Notes: generated by a model from the sequence alone, not told the origin. A stretch of 64,000 bases of DNA from a virus (IMGVR_UViG_3300036987_000100:11664-75663); one strand, 5' to 3'. Numbered from the stretch's first letter, positions 1 through 9,705 are shown. Translations and numbers: made by a program.

Positions 1-69
1 GCCGCGTCTACGTCCGGTTACCACAAGCCTGCCCCTAACCTAGAAGGTCTAGGAAAGCAGACTGTCTGC

Positions 70-906
70 CTAGAAAGGAACATCCTCATCAGCCCCACCG
101 CTACCGGTACCACCAACAGAACCTCCAGTCGCACCGCCACCACCGAATTCTCCGTCCTCACGCTTGTCAATCTGCTGCCCGTTCAGCGCCGCACGAATGT
201 CCTTGGGGCTAAGCGGGTACAGAATCTTGGCGTAGTTGAACGGAACAATCTTCGGAACAACCTTCCCGTCAGCAACTTCCACCTTCCAAGTGTTCTTCAG
301 ACGGTTGATGTTCTCCTCGTCTACGCCCTTCGCGAAGAGATCGCTGAGCTTCTTACCCTTGTAGTTCGCAAGGGTAAACAGCTTCGCCATGTCAGCGTCC
401 CGAACCATCTCGAATTCATCCCCGGTCGCTGCGGACTTGCTGTCAATGCGCGCAATGGAGAAGAGCTTGCCAGCGAAGGGACCCCGGTCCTTTCGTCGCA
501 TCTCAAGGCGCTTGAGCGTCTTCAACTTGGCAGGAAACAGCTTCAACTCGTACTGGTACTTATTGCCCTTCTTGTCGACCCACTCCGAGCAATCGATTAC
601 CGTGTAGAACCCCACGTAGTAGGGCTTGTAGCCGCTCGGGTTGAGAAGCTCGCAGCAAGCTGCGTCGTCGTAAATCTCCTTGCCGCAGGTGTACCAATTC
701 TTCCACTCTCCATTCATCTTTGGATTGTGCTCATGAATCGCGCAAGGCTCGTCATCCACAAAAACAAGCTCGCGCTTGCCTCCGGCCGGAATCCAGATGC
801 GATTCGGTGTATTGGTGTTGTCGATGCGATCCTGCTCGCGCTTAATACCGGCGTAACCGGTGTCATACCAAGACTTCTGTTCGGTGCTCGCGGCGGTTTC
901 AGACAT
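70..906 (-). CDS. Phage single-stranded DNA-binding protein (gp32-like)
   Basis: 278 aa; Cys/His cluster (CAIHEH..C..CC); Gly-rich linker and acidic tail ADEDVPF typical of SSBs; lies in the replication cluster. Confidence 0.7.
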   Translation of the reverse strand: MSETAASTEQKSWYDTGYAGIKREQDRIDNTNTPNRIWIPAGGKRELVFVDDEPCAIHEHNPKMNGEWKNWYTCGKEIYDDAACCELLNPSGYKPYYVGFYTVIDCSEWVDKKGNKYQYELKLFPAKLKTLKRLEMRRKDRGPFAGKLFSIARIDSKSAATGDEFEMVRDADMAKLFTLANYKGKKLSDLFAKGVDEENINRLKNTWKVEVADGKVVPKIVPFNYAKILYPLSPKDIRAALNGQQIDKREDGEFGGGGATGGSVGGTGSGGADEDVPF

Positions 907-969
907 AGTAATGCTCCTTGAGGGTACTTTCGTGTCAATCGTTGTTATCGCTACGTGGAACCACCCGTC

Positions 970-1446
970 TTAAAACGGGTGGGATACTGCATCTGCCGCC
1001 ACAGACTTCGGAAGACTTTCCGAGTCAGGCGAAGGGGGCTGCGAAGTCGCCGCCTCGGCGGCGGGAGGTTCAAAAGCGGAATCAGCAATCGAACCATGGT
1101 CACGGGCATCGGGTGTAGGCTCGAACCTGGAGTCACCAATCCCAACACCCACCGGTACCGCCTCGGCGAGCTTCTCACTCTTCTTGGACTTCTTGGGTTT
1201 GGCCTCGTCAGGCTCTTCCATCCGAATACGCTTAATATACCCATCCACGATTCGGTCGCAGTCCCCGCAGAGATCTTCGTAACAGAAGAGAATTTTATCC
1301 GCGTTCTCGCCCTTCGGGCCCGTAAAGGTACAGGCAACTCGCGTAGACTTGAACTTTGGAAGTTCCTCGCCGTATTTCAGGGAAGAGGTGTCGAAAGGAT
1401 GCTGGCAACGGTCGCACACTCGGTGCACAGCCACTTTAATCGCCAT
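970..1446 (-). CDS. Hypothetical protein with CxxC...CxxC zinc motif and low-complexity tail
   Basis: 158 aa; CDRC and CGDC; GGAG RBS and upstream promoter-like site. Confidence 0.6.
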   Translation of the reverse strand: MAIKVAVHRVCDRCQHPFDTSSLKYGEELPKFKSTRVACTFTGPKGENADKILFCYEDLCGDCDRIVDGYIKRIRMEEPDEAKPKKSKKSEKLAEAVPVGVGIGDSRFEPTPDARDHGSIADSAFEPPAAEAATSQPPSPDSESLPKSVAADAVSHPF

Positions 1447-1518
1447 GTAATAACTCCGGCTACGGTCAATGGTTCAGGTGTCCGAGAATTTTCGCTTCTC
1501 GACGAGCGCTTTAACCAC

Positions 1519-1548
1519 GTCATATCCCGGGGAAGAACAGGGTGTCAA
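1519..1548 (-). promoter_or_regulatory. Sigma70-like promoter TTGACA-N18-TATGAC
   Basis: Read on the minus strand in the 1447-1569 intergenic gap. Confidence 0.5.
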
Positions 1549-1569
1549 GCACTAAAGCTCAGTAACAAG

Positions 1570-2625
1570 CTATAGAGCCTTAAGCGCAGCAAGTTCCTCC
1601 CAGTTTAAGTCGTCAGGATCCTTCCCTGTAGCCATAGGTGAAGTAACTACAGACATTCTAGCGCCCAAGCGCGCATGAATACGCTCGGCAGCTTCTTCAC
1701 CAGGCTCATCCCCGTCGGGAACAATGACAACTCGGGTAAACATACTCGTACACTTCTCGACCTGTACCCGAGAAAGGTAGGCGCCCATGATGGCGAAAGC
1801 ATTGATACCTTCCTGCTGGAGAAACATCACGTCAAAAAAGCCCTCAGTAAGGTAACCGGGAACGTCTCGCTCGTTGAAGCGCTCTCCATACAAGTAGAAG
1901 TCCCGACGAAACCCCTTGGAGTGCAGAAACTTGGGGCGCTGCCCATCAAATGCACGTCCAGAAATACCAACAAGATTGCCTTTGGCGTCTCGAATGGGAA
2001 TGGCAATCCTTCGAGCACCCTCGTGCCACCTCAGCTCCCAGCGCTTAATGGTAGCATGAGTAAGCCGACGCTCTTCTCGGAGGTACTTCATCACCTCCGG
2101 ACTGGGCTCTGTAAACCGAGCCAGTTCCGCCTCGGATAAAGGAGGCGGAGCCTCTTCGAGTTGGGCTGCGGCCGTAGCAGTTAAATCGAGCCCTGTAACA
2201 TCCGCTAAAGCAGTACCGGGCGGATGCTTCCATCCCGATACATTCGTAAGCGCCTGTCGCTTCTGCTCTATCTGAGCCGCAGATACCTCGTTTCTGATTG
2301 CGGTCCAAAGATACAAGTCCCCACCGCCAACACCGGGCATGCGGGGTAGAGGGCGCTTAGAGCGACGCGCAATCTGCTGAAGCAGCCCATTATCACCAAC
2401 AAGAGAGCCGCTGGCGTTACATGTGTAGCATTTGAACTTTGACTCCCCCTCGCCTTTGTCGTCTGAATGTACAGAGATTCCGAAGGAGGGGTGCTTATCG
2501 ATTCCCCCTTTGTGCGCCCACTTCGCGAGAGGGCATGTAGACCCAACCCAAGTGTTTCCCATGTTGGGCCTAATATTCGAGCAGCCCAAGACCTGAAGGA
2601 GCTGCATTGCCTCGTCCGCCTTCAT
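1570..2625 (-). CDS. dnaG: DNA primase (Zn-binding N-terminus plus TOPRIM)
   Basis: 351 aa; CP..H...C..C Zn region; TOPRIM motifs YLTEGFFD and VPDGDEPG. Confidence 0.85.
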   Translation of the reverse strand: MKADEAMQLLQVLGCSNIRPNMGNTWVGSTCPLAKWAHKGGIDKHPSFGISVHSDDKGEGESKFKCYTCNASGSLVGDNGLLQQIARRSKRPLPRMPGVGGGDLYLWTAIRNEVSAAQIEQKRQALTNVSGWKHPPGTALADVTGLDLTATAAAQLEEAPPPLSEAELARFTEPSPEVMKYLREERRLTHATIKRWELRWHEGARRIAIPIRDAKGNLVGISGRAFDGQRPKFLHSKGFRRDFYLYGERFNERDVPGYLTEGFFDVMFLQQEGINAFAIMGAYLSRVQVEKCTSMFTRVVIVPDGDEPGEEAAERIHARLGARMSVVTSPMATGKDPDDLNWEELAALKAL

Positions 2626-2634
2626 AGCCTACCC

Positions 2635-2988
2635 CTACTCTTTCTCGCCCTTCTTCTCATTCCGCCCCAAGTAGTGAGCGTCGTTCTTCGGCAACGGAGG
2701 AGGCTCTCCGCCGGGAACGCCCTTGTCTGTGCGCTTGCCCTGGCCAGCAATGTACTGGGCATACATGGAGTCAAAGAGCTTGTTCTTTCTCGCCCCCTCC
2801 ATACCCTGCTGATCATGCTTTCGGCCCTTGCTGGTGGCCTCGTTGCCGGAGGTATAGCCGTACTTGGCACACTGCGCCTTAGCGATTTCCAAGGCTGAGG
2901 CAAAACGCTCTTTGGTAGGGCCAGGTAGCCCAGTTTTTTGCATGATTGCGAGCGCCATGTGTTTAACAACCGAGGGAAAGTCAGCCAT
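2635..2988 (-). CDS. Hypothetical protein
   Basis: 117 aa ORF with GGAG RBS, packed against the primase gene. Confidence 0.6.
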   Translation of the reverse strand: MADFPSVVKHMALAIMQKTGLPGPTKERFASALEIAKAQCAKYGYTSGNEATSKGRKHDQQGMEGARKNKLFDSMYAQYIAGQGKRTDKGVPGGEPPPLPKNDAHYLGRNEKKGEKE

Positions 2989-3032
2989 CAGACGACTCCT
3001 TCAAGCATCTAAAAGTGAAGCAGGTGTTCGGC

Positions 3033-3374
3033 TTAGGGTTTTGCGCCCAAGTAAGCAGCCAAGGTCGCTAAAGTGTGGAAGACGGGCCTATTTAGGGCCT
3101 GCATACGCTTAACCTCCCTTTCGGCTCCCGGAGAGATTCCGGGCAGACGAAGCAAAGCATCTGAACGATCCAGCCACACAAAGTCATAGTCCATCCACTC
3201 CTCGTAGCTACGAGGCCGTAGCAGATGCAAATAATGGCTGAGATGGGGCACAAACGGAGTTGCCCCGAGGTCCATAATAGCGTGAGCCGCCATCAGCGCA
3301 GCCCGCACGTTGTCCTCCGTGTTTCCGCCAGAATAGGGACCTGCGATGTACACAGTCTTGATGCCAGACATCAT
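3033..3374 (-). CDS. DUF4406 / nucleoside 2-deoxyribosyltransferase-like protein
   Basis: VYIAGPYSGG...PFVPH...WLDRSDALLRLPGISPGAERE signature; start moved to ATG 3374 (GGAGG RBS, ATGA overlap with the upstream stop). Confidence 0.7.
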   Translation of the reverse strand: MMSGIKTVYIAGPYSGGNTEDNVRAALMAAHAIMDLGATPFVPHLSHYLHLLRPRSYEEWMDYDFVWLDRSDALLRLPGISPGAEREVKRMQALNRPVFHTLATLAAYLGAKP

Positions 3375-4162
3375 ACCTCCGAAGCGACCACATGGTCGCT
3401 TGTTGGTTGAAAAGTTTTCAGGGCCAGGCTCTCGTAGCGACTGCCGCGCGAACCGCCCAGCCACACGCTGCTAGGGAGAATGGAGGTCTCCAACAAAAAG
3501 GCTTTCTGGATTTTTGACGCAGCATTCAAAACAACCAAGAAATGATACTTGGCTTTTCGATTGGTGGTATCGAAATGACAGCGGCCCCGATAGGGTCGAG
3601 AAGTCTTCACCTCTACCGGAGCCCCATCCAGCAGAAAGTCGTGCTCTGCGTACCAGTGCGTAGCCGAAATAGATACCGCAGTAGGGAATAAGCTCCCAAA
3701 GTAAGAAAGACCTATCTTGGCTAAGCGTACTCTCGGATCGCTTTCGTTTCCAGAGGTGAGCTGTTCTCTGCGAGATAAGCTGATATGGCTGCTTGCGGGA
3801 AGCGCCTCTAGATTAAGTATGTGGTTATCGAGCTTGTCGCCGTTCTTGTGGTGTATGTGCCAACCATCAGGAGTAGACCCATGAGTAGTCTCCCACACCA
3901 CAATAGGTTCAAAGACGTAGCCATGCCTATCGGCTCTCCTGTGTCTTGGGGCATAAATTCGTCTGTAGCCTCCGGCGATACTCGACTTGCCTTCCAGTCT
4001 TCTTCCGGCCGGACGTCGCGCAACTCCCTCCGCCTTTAGTAGATTGCTTATAGTAACAGGGGCACACGCATATAGAGCGCCCAATGACGCAGTTGTTTCC
4101 CCCGAGACATACGCATAGACAACGCGTGCTCTGTCCTCGGGAGTAACGAATAATTTTTTCAT
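3371..4162 (-). CDS. Free-standing HNH (homing) endonuclease with N-terminal HTH
   Basis: WHIHHKNGDKLDNHILNLEAL is an HNH_3-type motif. Confidence 0.8.
   Translation of the reverse strand: MKKLFVTPEDRARVVYAYVSGETTASLGALYACAPVTISNLLKAEGVARRPAGRRLEGKSSIAGGYRRIYAPRHRRADRHGYVFEPIVVWETTHGSTPDGWHIHHKNGDKLDNHILNLEALPASSHISLSRREQLTSGNESDPRVRLAKIGLSYFGSLFPTAVSISATHWYAEHDFLLDGAPVEVKTSRPYRGRCHFDTTNRKAKYHFLVVLNAASKIQKAFLLETSILPSSVWLGGSRGSRYESLALKTFQPTSDHVVASEV
3384..3399. repeat. 16-bp palindrome copy 1, GCGACCACATGGTCGC
   Basis: Read directly; inside the 3' end of the HNH gene, 9 nt before the next ATG. Confidence 0.95.
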
Positions 4163-6801
4163 CAGAACGGAACGCTCCCCGGGTCACCCGAGCCACCACC
4201 AATATCAATCGGCTCAATTACATCCCCGCTGCCCTGCGCCAAAACCTCACTGAAGTTGCTCGATTCGAAATCCCAATTAAGTTCGAAGTCCCGGCCGTCA
4301 CCATCTCGAACCTTGAGTTGCTTCACCTGCATTCGCTTCTCTTTCTTATTGTCGTCGGTCTGTACTAGACCAAAAATCAGGGTCGAGTGCCAGACCGCCG
4401 CATCCGTCAAAGCGATGCTTTCGGCAGTAGCAGTGGCAGCCTGGTTTTTCTTCACTTCACGATTGAACTGAGAAGTCACCACAATAGGCAACTTCTTGGA
4501 CATCGTTAGTCTCTTCACTTCACTGAAGGCGTTTGCGGCCTGCTCGATGCGGTCCTTGCCTGGTACCTTGATGAGGTAGATACCGTCAATAATCACCATT
4601 TCAGGCTGCGCCTCGTCTATAGCCGCAGCAAGCGTTTCAACCCGAAAATCAAAATTACCACCAACAACCGTCAGACCCTTCTCATTCAAAACATTCTTGG
4701 TAGCCTTCTCCAGCCGCTCTCTCTCAAAAACGGTAAGCTGACCAGAGCGCACTCGACCAAACGGAAGCTTTTCTTTGAGCGCAAAGAATCGCAGCGCAAT
4801 TCTCATTTTGCTCATTTCCGTCGTTACGTAGAGCACCTTGTGCTTCCGAAACACCTCTGTGAGAGGTCCGTAGTTGCCTTGGTCATCGCGGACCTTGGTC
4901 CACAGTTTATAGCCAGTCGAGGCGTGCTCCGCGAGCATCAGGCTGGCAAAGGTATTGTGAACGATAATGTCGTTGGCGACAAAACAACTGGTAGGCTCGA
5001 CGGTCAAGTCGTAGATTTTCTGTTGGCCAACGTCCTCGATGCTCTCAATAACGTCCCAAAAAATATCAGAGGACCAAAGCCACCTGTACTCCGACTCGAT
5101 TCCAAATACCTCGCAAAAAGCCTTAAAGGGACGAAGCCAGAGAGAGCCGTTGGCTCCAAACATATCTCGGACACCGAAATAGGAATTCTGCCCAGCCTTG
5201 TGCGCCGGATCTCTCCCTAAGAGCTTAGCCACTCGCACAAGTGAACCATCGCCAGTCCAGCGCCCAGAGCGCGCCTTCGCAAGTGCTGCTATCTTTGCCT
5301 CGAATTCCCTCGACACGCGCGGGTACCCAACGTTGGTATTACGCTTCTTTTTAAGAAGAGCAGTAACTCTTTGCGCCTTCTCGCCCCACAAGTGTACTTC
5401 GCGTGCGAAATTCTCCAAGGAAGAGGAGTACACTCTTAAGCGCCACGCATCGAACTTCTTGCCGTCACAGGTCGCCTGTTTGTATCCAACGCTGCTCTGA
5501 ATACCTAGGCGGAGCAAAAGACTTTGTAGCTGGCGCACCATCTTTTCGGAAGCCAGGGTTACACCGGGGCCGGTACTGTCGACGTAACCATCGCACATCC
5601 AAAAGGTCGAAATGAACTCAGATAGAGACTTCGTGGGTAGACGGTAAACAACAGCAGGAATGGTCTTGTGTTTAGCTAAGATGCCATCCATCCCATATTG
5701 CCGCAGTAACGCTTTAACTGGTCGGCCTAACCCCTCATCCCAAGCGAAAGCATAGTCATAGTTTGCACGGTGGCGCACTTCGACCCCAAAAGCACGAGCC
5801 GCCTCATGGGCACGCTCTAGAATCTCAGGATCCGCAGTACTAAATCCGACAGTGCGACTCGTATAAGAGCCCTCGGCGAGCAACAATGCCAACAAGAATA
5901 CGGTCTCAGAAGGTAAATCCTCTGGATGTTCAGGAGCGGGCATTCTGGCTGGAAGTGCAACAGTCATCCCAACCTTAAACTGTTCCGCAGGTTTCCAACC
6001 CTCTGCCGTCAAAAGAGGGTGCTCCGGAGTAACCGTTACAGAACGTCCTGACGCGTAAGTGAATTTTAGACAACGCTTGTGTCCTGTATCCACCTTGGCA
6101 GTAATCGGCGTGGAGTGAATCCCCTTCTCCGGACTCCAAGTGGTGACCAGCTTGAGAGAGGGGGTCGATACCACTTCTTCAATAGTGTGCTCTTCACCTG
6201 TCTCTGGATCGACAATGCGCGTGGAGGCACAAACACACTTCCCAATTCCGCTTCGGGCCACAAAGAGAATTAGCTCCTCTTTATTGAATCCAAGCGTGGT
6301 GTCATTCATGGTCGCCCACGGCGTCATGATTCCACGCTCACCCGCCTCCATTCGCAGGTAGTAGTCCCAAACATTGGGACCCTCATCAAACATCGAGGTC
6401 ACTCTGGAGTCAGCGGCCCCAACCTGAAGACGCTGGATGCGATAAACGGCCTGCTGTAACTCTTCAAACGACTCTATGTTTTGCTGGCTCTTAAGAAGAT
6501 CCAGCGCAGTGTCAACGGAGCGCTTTACCTCGTTGCCAATAGCATTCTTGAGGATTTCATCTGCCCAAAATCCAGCAGTACAGCCATCCATCGCGGGAGG
6601 GAGCGGGATACCGAGCTTAGCCTCAATTACCCCAACATCAGGTAGGGCTCCGTACTGCGAATAATGAATCGCGATGTACTCAAGGGCGGGCGCAGCTACC
6701 CCCTGGAGAATCTCCGGAGGAATCGCCCGAGAGAGGAACTCCCGGTAGGCGGGTTTGCCCCCGTCCAATATGGCTCGAACCAGCGACTGCGTGAAATCCA
6801 C
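4162..6801 (-). CDS. dnaB: Replicative DnaB-like helicase containing an intein
   Basis: Walker A ARSGIGK/T split by the insert; YVTTEMS, VIIDGIYL and VVTSQFNR SF4 motifs. Confidence 0.92.
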   Translation of the reverse strand: MDFTQSLVRAILDGGKPAYREFLSRAIPPEILQGVAAPALEYIAIHYSQYGALPDVGVIEAKLGIPLPPAMDGCTAGFWADEILKNAIGNEVKRSVDTALDLLKSQQNIESFEELQQAVYRIQRLQVGAADSRVTSMFDEGPNVWDYYLRMEAGERGIMTPWATMNDTTLGFNKEELILFVARSGIGKCVCASTRIVDPETGEEHTIEEVVSTPSLKLVTTWSPEKGIHSTPITAKVDTGHKRCLKFTYASGRSVTVTPEHPLLTAEGWKPAEQFKVGMTVALPARMPAPEHPEDLPSETVFLLALLLAEGSYTSRTVGFSTADPEILERAHEAARAFGVEVRHRANYDYAFAWDEGLGRPVKALLRQYGMDGILAKHKTIPAVVYRLPTKSLSEFISTFWMCDGYVDSTGPGVTLASEKMVRQLQSLLLRLGIQSSVGYKQATCDGKKFDAWRLRVYSSSLENFAREVHLWGEKAQRVTALLKKKRNTNVGYPRVSREFEAKIAALAKARSGRWTGDGSLVRVAKLLGRDPAHKAGQNSYFGVRDMFGANGSLWLRPFKAFCEVFGIESEYRWLWSSDIFWDVIESIEDVGQQKIYDLTVEPTSCFVANDIIVHNTFASLMLAEHASTGYKLWTKVRDDQGNYGPLTEVFRKHKVLYVTTEMSKMRIALRFFALKEKLPFGRVRSGQLTVFERERLEKATKNVLNEKGLTVVGGNFDFRVETLAAAIDEAQPEMVIIDGIYLIKVPGKDRIEQAANAFSEVKRLTMSKKLPIVVTSQFNREVKKNQAATATAESIALTDAAVWHSTLIFGLVQTDDNKKEKRMQVKQLKVRDGDGRDFELNWDFESSNFSEVLAQGSGDVIEPIDIGGGSGDPGSVPF
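4954..6237 (-). mobile_element. Intein (428 aa) with LAGLIDADG homing endonuclease
   Basis: Begins C(VCASTRI), has TPEHPLL block B, LLLAEGS and FWMCDGYV endonuclease helices, ends IIVHN followed by +1 Thr. Confidence 0.92.
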
Positions 6802-6816
6802 CCGCCACCCCTCGTA

Positions 6817-7575
6817 CTATTCAAGAAATTCGTTTTTAGCTTTAGCGGTAGCTTCGTGTCGATTATCGCCTACAACCTTTTGTACGGCGCAACACTTCTC
6901 TGCGGCAGACGCAATGCTTGGAGAGATTTTACTCCAAGCCATTGGACCCAGCAGAGACGTGATTACGGTCGGGAGGCCCCGATCGTGTCGGCTGACGATT
7001 AGGTTCCGAATGTCATTAATGCCGAAAATCTTTTCGGACGCATCCTCCTCGCGTAGGTCGTCAAGCAAGAGAAAGTCGACATTTCGCGCTCTATCCATGA
7101 TGGTGGATTCGCTATCGAATGCTGCATAAGTACGTACGGCATCACGCAATTCAGTGACAGAGATGGCGTAGGCAGTGAACCCCCAGGCTCTGGCCTCTTT
7201 CAGAACTACACACGCAGCGCCGGTCTTGCCACTACCCACCTCCCCATAAAGAAAAAGCCCAACATTCTTCTCTTTGACTTCGAGAATTCGTTCAGAGAAT
7301 TTAGTAATGGGCGCTCTCACGGTGTCCGTAAGAAGTTCTTTGGTGGCACACCATAGCTCCAACGGTAAGTGCATCCGAGCGAAGTCCTCGTTATCTAGAG
7401 GATTCGGACTACAGTTGCACTTAGAGGCACAATCGAGTTCACAGTTACCGAGGGGGCGAGTGCAGTCGCAAGGGGTCTTTAACAACACGGGACAGGCTGG
7501 TAGCCCGGGGAGTCCGCGACGATTCGGTTGAGCGGCTCGGTGCTCACCGCGTTTTCTGATTAGGGGGTTCGCCAT
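6817..7575 (-). CDS. DnaC/IstB-like AAA+ helicase loader
   Basis: GEVGSGKT Walker A, FLLLDDL Walker B, PTVITS; Cys-rich N-terminus; next to the helicase. Confidence 0.8.
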   Translation of the reverse strand: MANPLIRKRGEHRAAQPNRRGLPGLPACPVLLKTPCDCTRPLGNCELDCASKCNCSPNPLDNEDFARMHLPLELWCATKELLTDTVRAPITKFSERILEVKEKNVGLFLYGEVGSGKTGAACVVLKEARAWGFTAYAISVTELRDAVRTYAAFDSESTIMDRARNVDFLLLDDLREEDASEKIFGINDIRNLIVSRHDRGLPTVITSLLGPMAWSKISPSIASAAEKCCAVQKVVGDNRHEATAKAKNEFLE

Positions 7576-7576
7576 A

Positions 7577-8935
7577 TCACATCCCCATGGCTTTTAGATC
7601 TTCACGTACCGCATCGTAAGCTGCCTGTAGCTCCTTGGGCGCCCTGGTCGCGCTTGGGTTGGCATCACACCACTGGTCGTACTCCGTCTTCACCTTGAGC
7701 GCAGTGAACATCTTCTTGGCCTCCGGTACCACGGAGGCGTCAAGCGAGGTGAACAACCCGAGAGTTGGCAGCGTCGCCTTAATCTTCGGATAGCGCGCTC
7801 TTTGCCTCTCCCAGTAGCGAATGTAGTACCGCATGGCGCGCTCAAGGTCCTCATGGCCCCAACGTTCCAGTAGTCGCTTCAGCATTCCACCCTCCTTGGG
7901 TCCCCACGATTTCTCCATCGAGTCGTTGGGGAACTTCTGCTGAAACTCCAGCATCCAAGTTTGCTGCAGGTCATGCAACTTACCGAACAAAGTTTGCTTG
8001 GGGACCTTCAGCTTGGGAAGCGCAGGAGTACCTGAGGAGGCCTCCTGCTTCGCCTTGGCACGCTGCTTGGCCTCCTTTGCCGCCTTGGCCGCGTCGAATC
8101 GCTGTGCGCCTATCAGGGCGGCCCGCGCCACAGAGGCCTTACGAGCCTCAAGCTCTTCGTCCGACATGTGTTCCTCCTGTGTGTCATCCACTACAGCCAC
8201 AACGGTTACAGGCTCGAAACGAAGCGCCGTCGCCGCGAAACCGTTTTTAGGTGTGAAATCATCCGTAGGAAAAAATTCCTGATCTTCGGTGAAATCCAGG
8301 TTTTTTGAAAATTTCTGATCTTCGGTGAAGCTGTTGGCGTGTGTCGACGAGCGAAGCGAGACGACTTGAGGTGAGCGAAGCGAACCTCTGCCTTTACTTC
8401 TTTCTTGAGTTGTTTCTTGAGTTGTTTCTTTGCTTGTCTCTTTGTACGCAGTCTGCGACGTTTTTTCCGCAGAAGTTGCCATGGCACCCGCAGGTTCTGC
8501 TTGTTGACCCGCAGATTCTGCGGGTAAGCCGGAGAAATCTGCGAGCGACCTTACGGTGTCCATCCAGTTCAGTTCTGAACTCTCAGTGCGAGCCTCTGTT
8601 TGCGTGCTCCGTTCAAACTTCTTCCACTCAGTGATGTATTGTGCCGGGATGAGTACGTAGAACCTGTTCGTGGAAAGCCCTCGCGAAACAATCTTCAGCA
8701 TGTTCTTGCTTTTGAACTTACTAATGCATTCCTGAACCTTTCGGACAGAGCACCCGATCTGTTTAGCGATAGTCTCTTGACTCGCCCACCCATGTCCCTC
8801 CTTCAAACAGTATCTGCGCATCCTGCCGTAGCAAACCTTCTCGATGGCGGTGAAATCGTCGCGATACGCCAACCAATCCGGGATGGCTGTAAAATCATCT
8901 GGACTTTTCGCAGAACTCTGGAGTTGTTCACTCAC
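7577..8935 (-). CDS. Phage replication initiator with N-terminal winged HTH
   Basis: WASQETIAKQIGCSVRKVQECISKF HTH; low-complexity repeat-encoded middle; upstream of the loader, as in lambdoid O/P-type modules. Confidence 0.75.
   Translation of the reverse strand: MSEQLQSSAKSPDDFTAIPDWLAYRDDFTAIEKVCYGRMRRYCLKEGHGWASQETIAKQIGCSVRKVQECISKFKSKNMLKIVSRGLSTNRFYVLIPAQYITEWKKFERSTQTEARTESSELNWMDTVRSLADFSGLPAESAGQQAEPAGAMATSAEKTSQTAYKETSKETTQETTQERSKGRGSLRSPQVVSLRSSTHANSFTEDQKFSKNLDFTEDQEFFPTDDFTPKNGFAATALRFEPVTVVAVVDDTQEEHMSDEELEARKASVARAALIGAQRFDAAKAAKEAKQRAKAKQEASSGTPALPKLKVPKQTLFGKLHDLQQTWMLEFQQKFPNDSMEKSWGPKEGGMLKRLLERWGHEDLERAMRYYIRYWERQRARYPKIKATLPTLGLFTSLDASVVPEAKKMFTALKVKTEYDQWCDANPSATRAPKELQAAYDAVREDLKAMGM
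8279..8542. repeat. Putative replication origin: iteron-like repeats inside the initiator gene
   Basis: CCGCAGnnnnTGC at 8467, 8488 and 8509 (21-bp period) plus a degenerate copy at 8529; CTGATCTTCGGTGAA at 8279 and 8315; GAGCGAAGCGA at 8349 and 8373; T-rich TTTCTTGAGTTG tandem at 8401-8431. Confidence 0.55.
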
Positions 8936-9705
8936 GAAAGCACCAATTCCGGCAAAGTTCGAAGAGTTTCAACATATTGAAGTAGTTCTGGCGCGGAACG
9001 AAACCACTCTCCTCGGATGTGAAACTGTACAAACTTTTCGTGCAGTTCTTTTTCTGTTTTTCGCCCGCCAGGCACGCAAACCAACAGCTTCAACGGGCTA
9101 GTAGTCGAAGTCTGGAGTGCTGCTACACGGTTCGAAACATTTTTGGAGAATCCAATCTTGATTGCGTCTGCTTGTACATCCTGTATGAAATACACCCAAG
9201 TAGCGCTCTCCTCGATCCGAACTATTTCTTTTTCCACTAACATTCTGGCGTCTTTCTCTCTTGCCAGAGACTCGCACTCCTCAAGATACTTAGTCGTTTG
9301 GGCCTTCCCGAACGCTTCAAGTTCTTGCTTCGCTCTCTTGAGCGCGCGTCCGGCTTTTCGGAGATTGGTACCCGGAAGTGTCGTAATTGCCTCAACAAGC
9401 TCGATGAAGCCGACCATCACATCGAATTCATTAAGAAGGTTGCTGGAAACCTCAGGGAGCTGGTAGCCCCAGGCTTCCAGCTCTACTTTCGAGAGTGACG
9501 GTGTCGTACTGTCACAACGGCACTCGCAGCAGATCCGCAACTCGTTGCTAGGACCCTGCCCAGTGTGAATCCCCAAGCTGTGCCACCCCATGAAACCGCC
9601 ACAGCCCTTGCATGGAGGCAGTGTGTGAGATTCAGAAAAAGGAATCCCCTCACATTTTGAGCAATAGTGACTTCCGTTAAGTCGAGCGTTCTTAGCGCTA
9701 GTCAT
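8932..9705 (-). CDS. T5orf172/MUG113 (GIY-YIG-like) domain protein with N-terminal Cys motifs
   Basis: WVYFIQ...AIKIGFS...TEKELHEKF...IRGEWF. Confidence 0.8.
   Translation of the reverse strand: MTSAKNARLNGSHYCSKCEGIPFSESHTLPPCKGCGGFMGWHSLGIHTGQGPSNELRICCECRCDSTTPSLSKVELEAWGYQLPEVSSNLLNEFDVMVGFIELVEAITTLPGTNLRKAGRALKRAKQELEAFGKAQTTKYLEECESLAREKDARMLVEKEIVRIEESATWVYFIQDVQADAIKIGFSKNVSNRVAALQTSTTSPLKLLVCVPGGRKTEKELHEKFVQFHIRGEWFRSAPELLQYVETLRTLPELVLS

Noticed and set aside
933-938. TTGACA boxes at 933-938 and 60447-60452 as promoters
   Set aside because: No acceptable -10 box at 16-18 bp spacing
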